Shown one piece after another: positions 36,009-52,065 of a stretch of 64,000 nucleotides of DNA. The translations under genes and the position numbers were made by a program. The notes beneath the pieces were generated by a model that was given only the letters and a program-made list of their open reading frames with translations, did no database searches and was not told the origin of the DNA. Positions within the stretch are counted from its first letter, which is position 1, and each line of letters starts with the position of its first letter. This DNA is from Bugula neritina. Taxonomy: Eukaryota > Animalia > Bryozoa. Location of the stretch: positions 8,771,751 through 8,835,750 of the forward strand of contig OZ037773.1 of assembly GCA_964035545.1 (NCBI GenBank). Reading direction: 5' to 3'.

Positions 36009-37228
36009 TCTGGAGTCCTAGCAACAGTAAATCATGCCAGTAACTTTAAGGTTTAAATTTTAAAATAATCATTTCTCAGTTGCCCATTCATAGTTATAAA
36101 ACACATTGCCTGATAAACTTAATCAATAAATAGACTGATGAATTAAAGTAGGGTACAATAGCTTTATAAATACAAAAATAAATGATAAACTGGCTATCTT
36201 CTATTGCCAAAGAGCTAAACTTGGGGCTGACAGGGGTATTTTTTACCCTCCCAATCTTTCTAGACTTGATCACAAGCTATTTGTAATTTTTGCTCTAATA
36301 GCATCTGGAACAACTCAACACATTAGAGGCAGCTCAAGTTCTCAAATTATAAATAAAAAAATATCATAATAATTTTTTGAGAAATTTCATGCCAAAACAA
36401 TTTGCATTAACATGTGAGAGACCTCTGTCTACTTTGAGATCTACAGGGTTGAATGAGCTCTAAAATTGTAGCTTGACTCAGTCAAAGAAAATACTTCTAT
36501 AGAAACTAAGAATTATTTATTAACTTAAGTGAAAGTTAACAACCTCAGCTCCGAATCTCATACAACCCATTGATCAGCCATGTTTTAGTTTGATATATGT
36601 GTATAGTTATCTTCTTACCAACTTTTTACCCTCACAGTTATAATAATACTATTTAGTTGTTGCATTTAAAGCAATGCATACAGTACGTACTAGCAAGTTT
36701 AACTTTATCCTCAGCTTTTAATTTAAAGCATGAAAAGCAACTGGCACTTTTTTATTACCTAGTTAGGAGTTGTAACATTTGTTGTTGATTCTTGACTTAC
36801 ATCTCAAAAACAGAAATAAATAATTTTATAGAAATAGCACTGGATAAATGCTATTACCTCTCATATAGTAGAAATTGCAAACCAAAACATTTGTTTGCCA
36901 GCAGACTATAAGTATATAAGTCTGGGCTGATGAACAGTCAAACTTATAAATATGACAGAATAGTATTACGGCGGCGTAGGATCAGATTAAATGCTATTCA
37001 AACCTCAATATTAAGTTGTTGTGACATTCATACATGGAAGCTTAAAGTTAGCAGCTAAATGACTTTGTTACCTGGAAACTAGCTATTATGTCCATAGATA
37101 GAATGTATTTATTTAGAGTATTAGCAGCTTTCCCTTGATCTGAATAACTTTACAAAGCCAGCCATAGCTTGTATTTAAACTGGTCACTTGAGTCTTGACT
37201 GGCTGAGAATACAGAAGCTGAAGAAACT

Positions 37229-40081
<2,853 letters not shown>

Positions 40082-41446
40082 CAAGTCTGAGAATCTGAAG
40101 GCAAAGAGCAACTATTGTTAGCACTTTCAGTACCAGAAACTCATAACTATATTGTTATATCTTATCAGAAAAGATGGTTGCAGAAAAATATGCTTACCTA
40201 CTTTGGAAGTTTGCTATTTACTTAACTTTGTGTTCATTATAAGCAGTGAAATTATTGTGTAAGCTGTAAAAATGTTAAAGTAAAGCATCGGCCTTATTAG
40301 TTGATTTACTTTACTTTAATCCCATTTTAGCCGTAATTTTTGTCTTACTTTATCAAGAAGTAATTAAGTTATTTACTTTAAAACACCTGCAAATCTTTGT
40401 AATAATAAAAATTGTAATAAAATGTGTACAAGAGCATCAGATGAATTTTTAGAAGAAAAACCAAAATAATAATAAAATATTTAATTGTTGCTTGTTGAAA
40501 AGGTTGATTGATAGATGCAATAACACATACAATTAACAGTAACAATTAACAGTGTGTTTCAGCAATATCTTCAACTAACTCTTAGTTTACTTTAAACTAT
40601 CAGACAAAAATATAATTTTAATTGAGACTAATTTCAAATCATCCTTCACACCCATTCTCTTCTCCCTTTTCAATCTACTTTACCAACGAATGAAGTTGGT
40701 AAAGTAATAGGCACTTCTCCAGATGTTAGCCATTAAATAATAACCTGCTCCAAGTTAAGAGCATTGGTAAACATTATTAAGTTTAAATAAGAAAATGTTT
40801 GTTTAATAATTCAAAAGTTATGTAAATTAAGAGCATTACATTCAGATATTGTGTAAGGAATAAAACTTCATGCAGTTTTCTCTACCTTATTACCCGTTGC
40901 TACTCTTTAGTTATGCCAGTTTATTTTAGCTATTTTTCTGTTTAACAAATGATAAGTAGCGGATATAACCAGATAGACCAAGATATTAAAATAAAAGGGA
41001 GGTTAATGAGGCTAAAATTGTACTTGCTTGGTTGGAGTACAATATTATGTAAATCTTTACTGGAATGAGCCAGGGACTAGTAAACCCAGTGTAACAGTAA
41101 AACCAGATTGCTATAAAAACATCTAGATAAAGCCCGTTAGAATGAGCATTGCAACTAATTGTGACAAAAGACAATAAAACAAGTGCATTTAGAGATAAAC
41201 AAATAGCATTCCACCTTATGCTAAACAACTTAGTGCATTGCTACCTAGGACGAGTGCATGTTGCATAACAATAAGTATTATTTACTATCAGAGGTCTTAG
41301 AACTCTCCCACATCTCAAGTAGTTACGTAATAAACCACGGAAGTCAGTGACACCTTCTACAAGAACTTCATTACTTACATAACAGCAGACTACAGGTACA
41401 GAACAGTTAAGAAAGTTGGTAAAAGAAACCAGGAGCTGATACAACT

Positions 41447-43104
41447 ATGAAGAAATCCATACTTCTGTTGGTGTGTTTGTTAGGTGAGACGTGATATAAA
41501 CTTTTGCTAGATACAGTAACTGTGGGGTAAACTAATTTGGTTAACTTAGACATCAAAATCTGAAATACAACTTTCATTTCCTATTTTTTTTTCAAATTAA
41601 ACCAAACCACATTAAATGCCTCTTTATTGAAAATAATTGTTGATGTGCAGATTTTGTTAATTATTTTTATGACTCAAGAGTTACTTCAAACTTGTATCTC
41701 AATCACAATGAAATTGTGCTAGATAAATCCAATAAGTTGAGAAAATGCACCTATTTTAATTTGTAATTTCAATGATTTAACATGCGCTCAAATTGTTGAT
41801 ATCATAATGATGCAAACAGTGTTTCTTCAAAAATATAATTTAAAACAAATTCAAGCCATAATTGTTTTACTTCTAGCTATTATTATTTCAGTTATATCAG
41901 GAAACAACTACGTAGAGGCAGAAGACTACAGTATGAAAGAATTGCTGCAACACGCTATAGATGCTGAAATTCTTAGATTGACCATAAATGGCTGGCTGGT
42001 AAGAACTACTAACAACTGTTGCTATTTATTATGATGTATACAACTTTTTTTTAGAATGATAGAACTCTGGGCTTTAGTTCAGTTGTATTTGATCTGATTT
42101 GTAAAGCTGCTAAGAAAAACAGAGTGCATTATGTTTGATCAACTCCAAGGTACTTATGGTTCTATAACTTCTGTAGGAGAATGTAAGAGACCCTCTCTTG
42201 CTATCCTCCATTGAACACTGTGAAGTGGAAATCTGCCCAGATAACAGTAAGCTTGCACAGGTAAATTCTAAGCAAACTAATTCTCTTTTTTCCTCTATCG
42301 CTCTCCTTTTCTCTTTTTCCCTATTTCTCTTTTTTTCTCTATCTCTCAAACTGTCTACATACTCTCTTTCAAAAATTCACATACAACACTCTCTTTCTCT
42401 TTCACTCTCGTTTAGAAATTCACCCATAACGCTATCTAGCTACTTGTTTCTTGTACACATAACACTCGTACACCCACTCTCTCTCTCACACATACACACA
42501 CTCTCTCTCTCACACATACACACACTCTCTCTCTCACACATACACACACTCACAACACTCACAACACTCACAACACTCACAACATCAAATATATATTTGC
42601 TGTTATAATTCTTAGGTGCCTGAAACACTCACCGATCTTCACTTCAGATTTGGGGGATGCTTAGAAGGAATGGACATACTATCTCCTTTAGACAGGAAGT
42701 GGCTTCTAAAAAGAAATGAAAGATTTATATGCAATTTGGGCGGCACCCACAAGTTTTGTGCCCCTGGAACATTCAAATTCTCAATGGACCCAAAGTCCAG
42801 GCCCTGCATGTGTCAGTACATAATTTCCTTCATAACTTTTATAAATACAGCTTATTTATATACATTACAGTCTCAAATATTACAAAACTTACATCAAAAA
42901 GTTTTGCAATCATTTCAATTCTATCTAAATTTAAAATTTATAAAATTTTAAAAGTTTATGAATAAATAGAGAAATATTATTGTGTTTTGTTTCCATAGTA
43001 ACTAATTTTGTTTATATGTTGTAGCTACGAAACAGCAAGTGGCGTGTGCCCTGTCTACAGCAGCAGGCTACTATAAGTGCTATTCTCAATACATCTACAA
43101 ATAA
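41447..43104 (+). CDS. Secreted Cys-rich protein, array member C (172 aa, 8 mature Cys; closest to B)
   Basis: Exons 41447-41483, 41877-41998, 42177-42260, 42616-42811, 43025-43104. MKKSILLLVCLLAIIISVISG-NNYVEAEDY...AEILRLTINGWL|ENVRDPLLLSSIEHCEVEICPDNSKLAQ|VPETLTDLHFRFGGCL...RPCM|STKQQVACALSTAAGYYKCYSQYIYK*. Confidence 0.88.
42283..42583. repeat. CT-rich and compound CT/CA repeats in gene C intron 3
   Basis: CTCTCTCTCTCACACATACACACA x3 and CACAACACT x4, in the intron homologous to the pure (CA)n intron of gene B. Confidence 0.8.
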
Positions 43105-45316
43105 CTAAAAGGCAAAGAAAACCCTTTCAAGTTACTCATATGTAGTGTTATGGAAACTTTAGAAAATATATGTTTGTATATGTGTAGCCTAGTTGACTTA
43201 TATAGTCATTTTTGGGCAGTACCTCATCTTTAATGTAATAAGTGAGTTGTTTATCAAAAATAAATAACTTTATTTTTGCCAAAGTTTCTTGTTTTTTGTA
43301 GCAATATAAAATGTAATAAATTGTCCAAAAAAACTAAGAAATTACTGTTATAAAAACATTGCAGTAATTGCACATAATATACTAAATTTGCAGTCTTCAA
43401 ACAGTATAAAAATAGAAAAAAAGATTTAAAAAACTCAACTTTGATTTATAAAGAAAGGCAAGTTTATTAACTTCTATCTTTATGAGTTTGCTTCAGGTGA
43501 TGTTGGATAGAAATATAGTAAAACACAATACTATAGTTTTTATCTTCTGCACCTCACACAAGGTCTTGTAACTTCTACAATAAACATTTGTATCTGAATT
43601 TCAACTTCTACTAGAAAAATAAATATTACAATATTTGTTTATTTTAAATTAGCTCTAAATAGAATAACTATGGGGTTATTTAGTGCGTTTCTAAATCTCT
43701 GCATGCAACGGCTTTGTTTGTAAATGCAACAATTTGAATTTAAAAGGAATTGAATTTAAACTGGTAGTTGAAAATAACTGTTCTTTGCTTTTGATTTATA
43801 AATAAATTACACGCTAATAAAGTAAATAACAGTTACCTGGCTACTTTGGCATATATAAAACAAGCTAGTTTAAACATGCTGCAAGTTTAAATAAATAAAG
43901 GATAGGCAAGTAAACAACTATAAGCTTCTGAAGATTAGATCCCAAAGGATAATAATGAAAACAAACTGGGTATAGGTACAGCTTTTAGCTGTATTACACG
44001 GTAAATATACCCCCCCCCCTTTATTCAAGTTTTAAATAATTTAAGGCTTTTCCTACTTTCAACAATACTAACCGCATTAGCTAGTACCTAGCAGTACATA
44101 GCTAAAATAAAGTGGACAAATGGCTCTTCAAGTGCATTGGTTTCATTCAGCTGCTTTAGGTCATCCTCATCTAATATTTCCAATACACCATTTTTCCATG
44201 AATTTTATTTTGATCTGAGAAATATAATGTAATAGTGTGATAGTTAGCTAGAAATGCATGAAGTTAGTTACTATAAGAAAGGTGCTTTTAATTTTGCTAT
44301 TAGAAATCCAAAATCTGAAGCTAACAAAAATTGGAATCCTTAAAGTTTAGAGACTGGATTTAAAATTGTCATAAATTGCATAATGTAGTAGCTTGCTGAT
44401 TTTATTCAAGTATTTAAAGAGCAAATTCAAACCAGCAAAACATTTTTACCAATATGAAATTTGTAATAGTAAGCATTTATTGATAATTTTACGAAGAATG
44501 GAAAATCATATTAAAAAGTTTACTGCTTAAAAAGGTATTTGTATAATATATTCCATCATATAACAAAATGCTACTAAAATTTTGAACCAGCTTTTTAAAT
44601 GCAGTTTTTTTATTTTACTTTATGGGGTTGTGCTGGGGTAATATGCATGCTGTAAAACCTCAATATGAGTTGTACTTGAAAAAGACAGAAAAAATTGTTT
44701 GTCAGCATAAGTTATGTTTTCTGACAAACAATAATTCAATGAAAAACTCAAGTCTACACAAATGTTATTTTTAAATGCACAATTTTTATTTTACTAAAAT
44801 TATATAAAACTCCCATTTCATAGAAAAATTTTAGTTAAATTTATCCAGTTTTCTGAACGACGAACTGATTTTTACAGCTTGTTATAAATAACAAAGGCAT
44901 TATATACTCATTGGTCTAAAATTTCATGCAGTGCAAACCCTGTAGCTTTTATGTAATTATATAATATGTTTACAGCTGTCCTACAGCTGACAAAGTAAAT
45001 GGCTTTAATTTTCTGAGGTACATTCTTAATAGGCGGTGGCTTAAAGAGTTTAAAGGAATCTACTTCAATTAATCTTGGTTTCAAAGTTTATTTTGGCAAA
45101 AGTTTGAAAATACTACTTAGTGCAGTTCTTAAAGGCTTAGAGGTATTTGGGGGCTACCAGCCATTATGAGGCTGATTATAACAGGCATGTTACTTAACTA
45201 GCTAGATGCCGATTACGTAATATGTTGGTTGGGCAAGCTAGAAATACCTTGAAGCTTTTAAAGTCATTGAGTGTTGAAGCTTGGACCACTCCACACGCAG
45301 AAGACAGCTGACAACC

Positions 45317-47261
45317 ATGAGACATCTCACCTTAGCAGCAGCAGCATTTGGTGAGATTGCATAATATTTTTATTTATTTTAGTACTTCAACATTCTAAAT
45401 TGCTGCTGCATTATTTTATATTCTCATTATATATTTTTTAAAACTGAAACATATTACAAACTCAAAACAAAATGTTTTTGATCAATTGCTATTTTGTAGT
45501 GCATTTGTTAATCTTGTTAAAAATAGTTATTTTTATGCATTTTATACCAAATCTAATGAAATTAAGCAAACTATTTTAATAATAATTTTCAATAAAAAAG
45601 GATTTATAGTTGTGAGCTATAGCAATAGCTATTCCTCTCACACTATTTTCACTTGAGCAAGGTTATACATCTTCGTTGACTCTACTTCTAGTACATAATT
45701 TCCAGCCATTTTATTTTATAGTGCTCGTGGCATGTATGTTGACCTTGACATGTGGGCAAGGTCACAAAAGAACTGACTTCCTGTATTTAGACAGAGTAAA
45801 TGCTCACACTGTCTCTGTGTTTTCTGTTGCCATGGGAGACTGGATGGTAAATATTCTATTCAGAAGTAATACAACTCCCAAGTCTTTAAGAGTAATGCAA
45901 ACTAGCTACAAATAGTCCCTTAGAAAGTAGACAACTATATATTACTATTACTATAAATTCATTAGTTTTACAGTTGCCATCAACCTCAAGTGGTAAATAC
46001 TAACAAATTTCTAAAGTGAATATATGGAGTGTATCTACTAAAGCTATTAGACATGTAAACTACAAAGTATAAATGAGTTATATGTAATAGATCGCTATTA
46101 GGCATGCAAACTGTAAATATCAAATGATGGTATACTTGTACTCATGCACTAATACCTACGTACTTCAGTACCAATACCATGAATTCTTGTATAATATTTA
46201 GTTGTATTTTCAGTCAGTTCAACATGACGTTATAACTAGAAATATCATTGGACGATGTCAGCTACAGTCCTGTACTTTTGTTGGAGCATTCAACAGTACC
46301 CAGGTAAAGACACCTCCACACTTACATTCATACAGTTACTGTCTCTCGTCCAATAATCTTTAAATAAAATATTATATTCATTTTGTTCTATATATTATAT
46401 TCATTTATTTATATGCAAATTGACAGCATTTATCTTATATTTTGCTATAAACCAACAATTTTAGTCTTTATATTTTAGTTATTTTAGATAATATCCTAAA
46501 GTTAATTCAATATGCCCAATGCCTGGTCAGATAAAAAGCACATCATTTTGTTATTAGCATGGTAACCGATTTGATATCTTCTGCAGATAACACTTAGCTA
46601 GAGAGTACTTTTCTAGGGATTGCTGTTACAGGTTGCAGAGAGGCTAAGAAATCACCACTACAAGTTTGTTAACTGTATTTTCCAATACGGCTTTCTGCAC
46701 CCAATTGACAGAGAGTGGTTCAAGAAGAGAAATGCTGATGTCATCTGTAAAATTGGAGGATACGACACATTCTGCAGGAACGGGCAGCCATATTTGAAGG
46801 GAAATCCTTACGGAGATGAGTGCCGAGGTAAATCATAGTTTCATTTTATCAATGAGCTTCTTAGTCAATTTCCCTCTGAAAGATATACAGAACCATAAAA
46901 AATAAAGGAGCATGGAGCAGAGATATTTTTTACGACACCTTGTAAACACTTTGAATGATCTTTTATTTTAAATAATTTAACAGAGTTCTAACTACCTATT
47001 ATAGCCAGTATTAAACTAAATTTCACAGATGTATTCATGTCTCGGTTATGCAATTAATCTATGCTCATACAAAGTGTGCTAAAGTATATTACAAGCGTTA
47101 TAAAGTAAAATAGTCTAGTTTATGAGGCTAGCAAAGGTGTTCCAATGAATAAAGTTATCTCAATTTTAGTTGGACGTACAGACTCGCTCTGCTCCTTTGC
47201 CAAGGTACAGACCTACTACGACTGCATGCATCAACACGCTCTTATACATGGCATTGTGTAA
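45317..47261 (+). CDS. Secreted Cys-rich protein, array member D (178 aa, 8 mature Cys)
   Basis: Exons 45317-45350, 45722-45846, 46214-46303, 46632-46827, 47170-47261. MRHLTLAAAAFVLVACMLTLTCG-QGHKRTDF...AMGDWM|SVQHDVITRNIIGRCQLQSCTFVGAFNSTQ|VAERLRNHHYKFVNCI...HPIDREWFKKRNADVICKIGG...DECR|VGRTDSLCSFAKVQTYYDCMHQHALIHGIV*. Confidence 0.86.
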
Positions 47262-50200
47262 ATCAGTATTTTATCTCTCAAGCCAAAGAGTCAAGTTGTC
47301 TCGCCAACATACCTAATGCGTTTTAGTGTCACTGATAATGTGATAAATTTGTGAAACTCAATTTCTCATTTAGCTTGTTTTGGAAATTCTTGCTGATAAA
47401 GCAATTGAAATAATCATTTGATTATAATTCATTTCAAATAATAAAGTTTATTTGTAATCACAACTATAGTCACTGCTTCTTTATTCTAGTATTCATTGAA
47501 TTGAGTGGAAATATTAAAGGAAAGATAACTGTCGTTTAACAAAACAAATACTTGTTAGCATATTACAGTAATAATATTGTCAGCCATTATAAATAATTTA
47601 TCTAGCAACAAAATATTGATCAAAATAAGAGCAAAACTACTATATATGTATAAATATAATTATTTCTACTGTGCCGTTATATTATTGAGAGCAGGCAACT
47701 CCACATTTCATGTAAAATAGATAATAGAAATTTAACTTACTGATCAATTTGAAATTTACAAAAGGGTAATTTATGCATTTTTATAGGTTTGCTGTCCATT
47801 AGCAGATTTGAAATTATGGAAAATATTTATATATTTTGTTTAATCTAACTTACATTTGCAAAAGAAACAATTAGGTTCACAGGCTACATTAGTTTGTTTG
47901 ATGATGTAAATGTATCTATTGCTGGTATACAATGACTTTCAATTAAGTTATAAATAACATGTTTGTAGTTTATATTTAGTTTTGAAGTTCTTATTTTTCT
48001 AGCCAAAACTAGATTTTTATTAAATATTTCAATTCTGCTTTGTACGGAAAAGCAGCTGAACTAAACATTTGAGTTACTCTTTACAATAAATATGTTTATT
48101 TGCAATTTTTAGCAATCTTTTTATTAAGAAAATCTAAGGCTGTTATAGACCAACCAAAAGTGACCAAACTTTACATATCTATTTTTTATATTTGCATAAC
48201 ATCAACTTTATAGAAAAATCTTAAAACTTTTAACATTGATTAACTCAAGTTACTATCAATGCGTTATAAACTTTAATATTTCGGTAGTGCCAATTCCTTG
48301 AATAAAATTATTCTAAAGATCAAAAATATTTTCAATTATATATTAATATAATGGTCTACCATCAAACATAGCAACTCTAAATCTTATAAACACCCAACTC
48401 TTAAATCACAACCTAGCTGCTCTGTTTTCTTTACTTTAAAGTTTAAACTATAAGCCTGTTGGAAATAAACAAGTTACTGATTAGACGCGAGATGAGGTTA
48501 TTATACTTAGTCTTGTTTATGTACACTTCTAGACTGAGTGAAACGTCTGAAACCTAGGATTATGCTAAGTCTCATTTTGATCTGAAGTTTTCAAATCCAT
48601 GTTTTAGAAAGAATCAGCTTGTTAAATTATAAACCCTTTTATTAACCATAACCTACCGTTACTTAAACATAATTGATTGTAATGCTACTCTGAAATGCTT
48701 AGCCATTTTTAAGATGTTTGTAACAAGCTGAAACTGGCTGTTGCTATAAACAAGCTTTATTTTTCAAAAGTTAAGCACCCGACTGAAAATCCTAACGGTG
48801 TAAATTACTTTATACTTACCTATTTCCAATCTGTCCTGTTTATAGGCATTAAGTCTAAAATAGCTTCTATGATGGCTCCCTAATTCTTTTTTTTCATAAA
48901 ATTAATTAATATTTTATTATATGTGATAATACTTTAAAGATATATTTTTTCATTTATGTTAATAACATTAGAGCGTGAAAATTTAAATATAAAGCCAATA
49001 AATATCATAAATTATATTGCATAACCTAATTTCAATTCAATGAAATATACTACTCAAAAATACTATGTATGACGTATATATAGGGTGTTTAAGGACTATA
49101 GTGGCCGCGAACTGATGTCTATCCTCAGGTGTAATAGTATAGTATTAGTATTCATGAAGTAGTCATGCTTCCCGTTACACACTTCTAGGCTGGAGCAAGT
49201 TGTGTAACTATTGAGCAAATGAGCTAAAGAAGTTTAAATTCTCTGCCGTCTGTAAAATTTACTCTATTTAAAGTAGATGTTGCTACTAACTATAATATAG
49301 TGTAAGCCCCTAATATTTGCTTGTTTAATCAATGAGATGTGATATATCTTATACTTTAAAGTTATAACACTGTCTGTAAAGGAATTGCACCTTAACATAT
49401 CAACCTATAAAACACTTTAAAATCTACTTCTAAGTTTAGCTTTGGGAGCTGTCAACTCATATATCAAAAGGCAGTCGCAGCTGACAGGTATAAGGCTTGT
49501 TAGTAGCCTGATTGAAGCTATGTTGATGAAAAATTTTGTGAATAATATTTTGTCAGTTGTTATTGTAAGCTAGCAACTAATTTATGAGTACTTTCTGACA
49601 TAGTTCTTGGTGTACTTGTGTTAACTGATCAATTGCTGGAATAAGTTTTTTTTAATAATGTTCAAAGAATAGTCTAGAAATATTTTGCAAATGGTGTACA
49701 AATATTTTACTGCCGTAGCTTTCCTTTGTTATATGACATACAACATAAAGCTTACATAAATCCACTAAAAATTAAAACTCTTCACCATACTACCCAGCTG
49801 GTAAAAGCTGAAACAGATTCTATGCTAAAAGATTTAAGGTCAACTATAAAATTGTATAGAGCAAATTTTAAAGTAGATGATTAAGTTGCTATGGGCAATT
49901 TTAGTTTCAAAAATAAAAAAATTGTATGACAATAACACGCAAAGCAGTTTTTATTTAAATCCTAATCAAAAACCTATTTTATTATTTAAGCACAATTTTA
50001 CTATAAACATCTAAAACTATTTTTCATAAAAATATAGCTTGTATTCCGGATCAAAATTACATTGTTTAGTAAATAAATGATTGTACAAAAATATTTCACA
50101 CATAATTAAACATGTGCATGAAAGCATGTCGCAGCTTCATATTGCCTGTCAAAATTGTCAGAAAAACATCAACAATGAGACGTATTGATGAAGTAACATT

Positions 50201-52002
50201 CAATGTGGAAACTGATTGCTCAAACACTTGCCCTTGACGGTGGCTTATTATTACGCGCATGCAATGAATAAGAATAGAATCAGTGAACCGAATCAGCGAT
50301 GCTGTGACCAAATCAGCTCTAGGGAGAAAACTTCAAAATCATCACAAAGGATGTTTACCAGCTTTACATATTAATTTCATGTTTTGAATACGTAAATAGC
50401 TTGATTAGATAAGTTGATGGTTGAGAAGAAACACTGAGATATTTCTTTTAAATAATTTTAAAACAGCAAATTGAGTTTGTTGGTCAACAAATGCTGTCCA
50501 CCTCATTTTCATTACTGAGTGCTGCTAAATTTAAAAAAAGAAACTCCAAAAATAACAAAAAAACATTATTTGGTCTGAAAAGCTTTTAAAGCAAGCTAAA
50601 AGCTTTCAATTATTTTTCAAAACATTATTTTAAACCTAATAAAAATAAGGAATTGGCTAAAATACATATCATGTTCAGATTTAAATGATTTTACAGAACT
50701 AAACTATAACAAGAAAATTAAAATAATACTGCATGTATTAGGTTGTTTGATGCCTATATTGTTTTTTTCATTAAGTTTTCAGAGTTATAATTATTCTAAT
50801 AATATTTAAAGCTTTGTGTGGATAATTCCTAAATGCCTTTGCACCTAGTCATTAATTGTAAAGTTCATATTAAATAGATATGCATCATATGCATGGAAAT
50901 AACACAGAATTGTAATTACTACTAAATTTTAACTTTATCAACTCCAAGCCGCGGCTACGTAAGCTAAAAGTTAAAACTAAAAGAAAAATCAGAAGTAGGC
51001 TTGTCTTTCAAATTATTTAACTTCAAATTAATGTTGAATAATTTAACAACTGTGAACAAATCTGGTTATAAAAATATGATGCAGACTTAAAGTTTTGCCA
51101 TGGAATTATTTATCGACAATTCTTATATAATTACAATAAAATTTCATGTAGTTTTATGACGTTGTTTGATGTGTAAAAATCACTTTTAGATTTCTAAATT
51201 ATTTTATGAACAAACTTCAAATGTTATTAAATAATATTGTCTGAAATTGCAGAAAAAGAAATTCTTTATAAGCTTTAAATTATCCTTAATACAAAGATTA
51301 AAATGCTAGGTGAAAATATACTGGTTGTTGAATTAGCATGCATTTTGCTATCACAATAGCTTGGGACAACACTTATTATTGCATAATGTCCTATACTATG
51401 TCATAAATGAAAGAGCAATTTCTTCATCAAATGAGTTGGAACGATTCCTGGGTCATACATCACTGAACTTGTCAAAGCAGCTTGTTTGGATTATATAGTG
51501 ATGAATTAGCTCCAGCTCTCTTAACATGGTTGTACATTCACGTGGAACAAACAGTACGTCAGGCTGGGATTTCTTCTTCTATTTAATAACCTCACACGTA
51601 ATGGACATTTGAGAAGTGACATCATCAGTCTATATCTCTATCTAACAAGTACTCGAGCTGAGTTAGGGCTGAACTGATCCGAATTATGAGCTTAAAGCAG
51701 CACTAAAATCTCCAAAATTTCTCTACAACTCTGACCAAGTTTGGAATTTCAATGGAATTCACAGTAGAAGAGTATTAAATTTAATTGTCAGTTCTGAGTC
51801 ATTAGTGATTGAAAGATACTTTTGACCTGTTGGCGCAGCCCTAAATTTCTCAGCAACTTAGATTTGCAAATTAGTATTTAGAAATATAACTGTATATGTG
51901 TATTTATAAATTTAATAAAGTTTCGTTTTAGAGCAGAATTGTTACCTCATACAGATTATGCACCCAAAAATATACATACGTCAAAAGTTTGTAAAAATTT
52001 CC

Positions 52003-52010
52003 TATAAAAG
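52003..52010 (+). promoter_or_regulatory. Candidate TATA box of gene E
   Basis: TATAAAAG 63 bp upstream of the first ATG; the AT-rich background lowers confidence. Confidence 0.35.
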
Positions 52011-52065
52011 AAAATTATGAAGATATACTATTTATTGTACATTGAGCTATCTTTCTATCATAAGT

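Noticed and set aside
47262-52065. A ninth array member or MITEs in the 4.8-kb gap between D and E
   Set aside because: No exon with the family Cys motifs found. TTTAAAGTAGATG occurs twice (~49267, ~49867) but I found no convincing matching inverted end or TSD.
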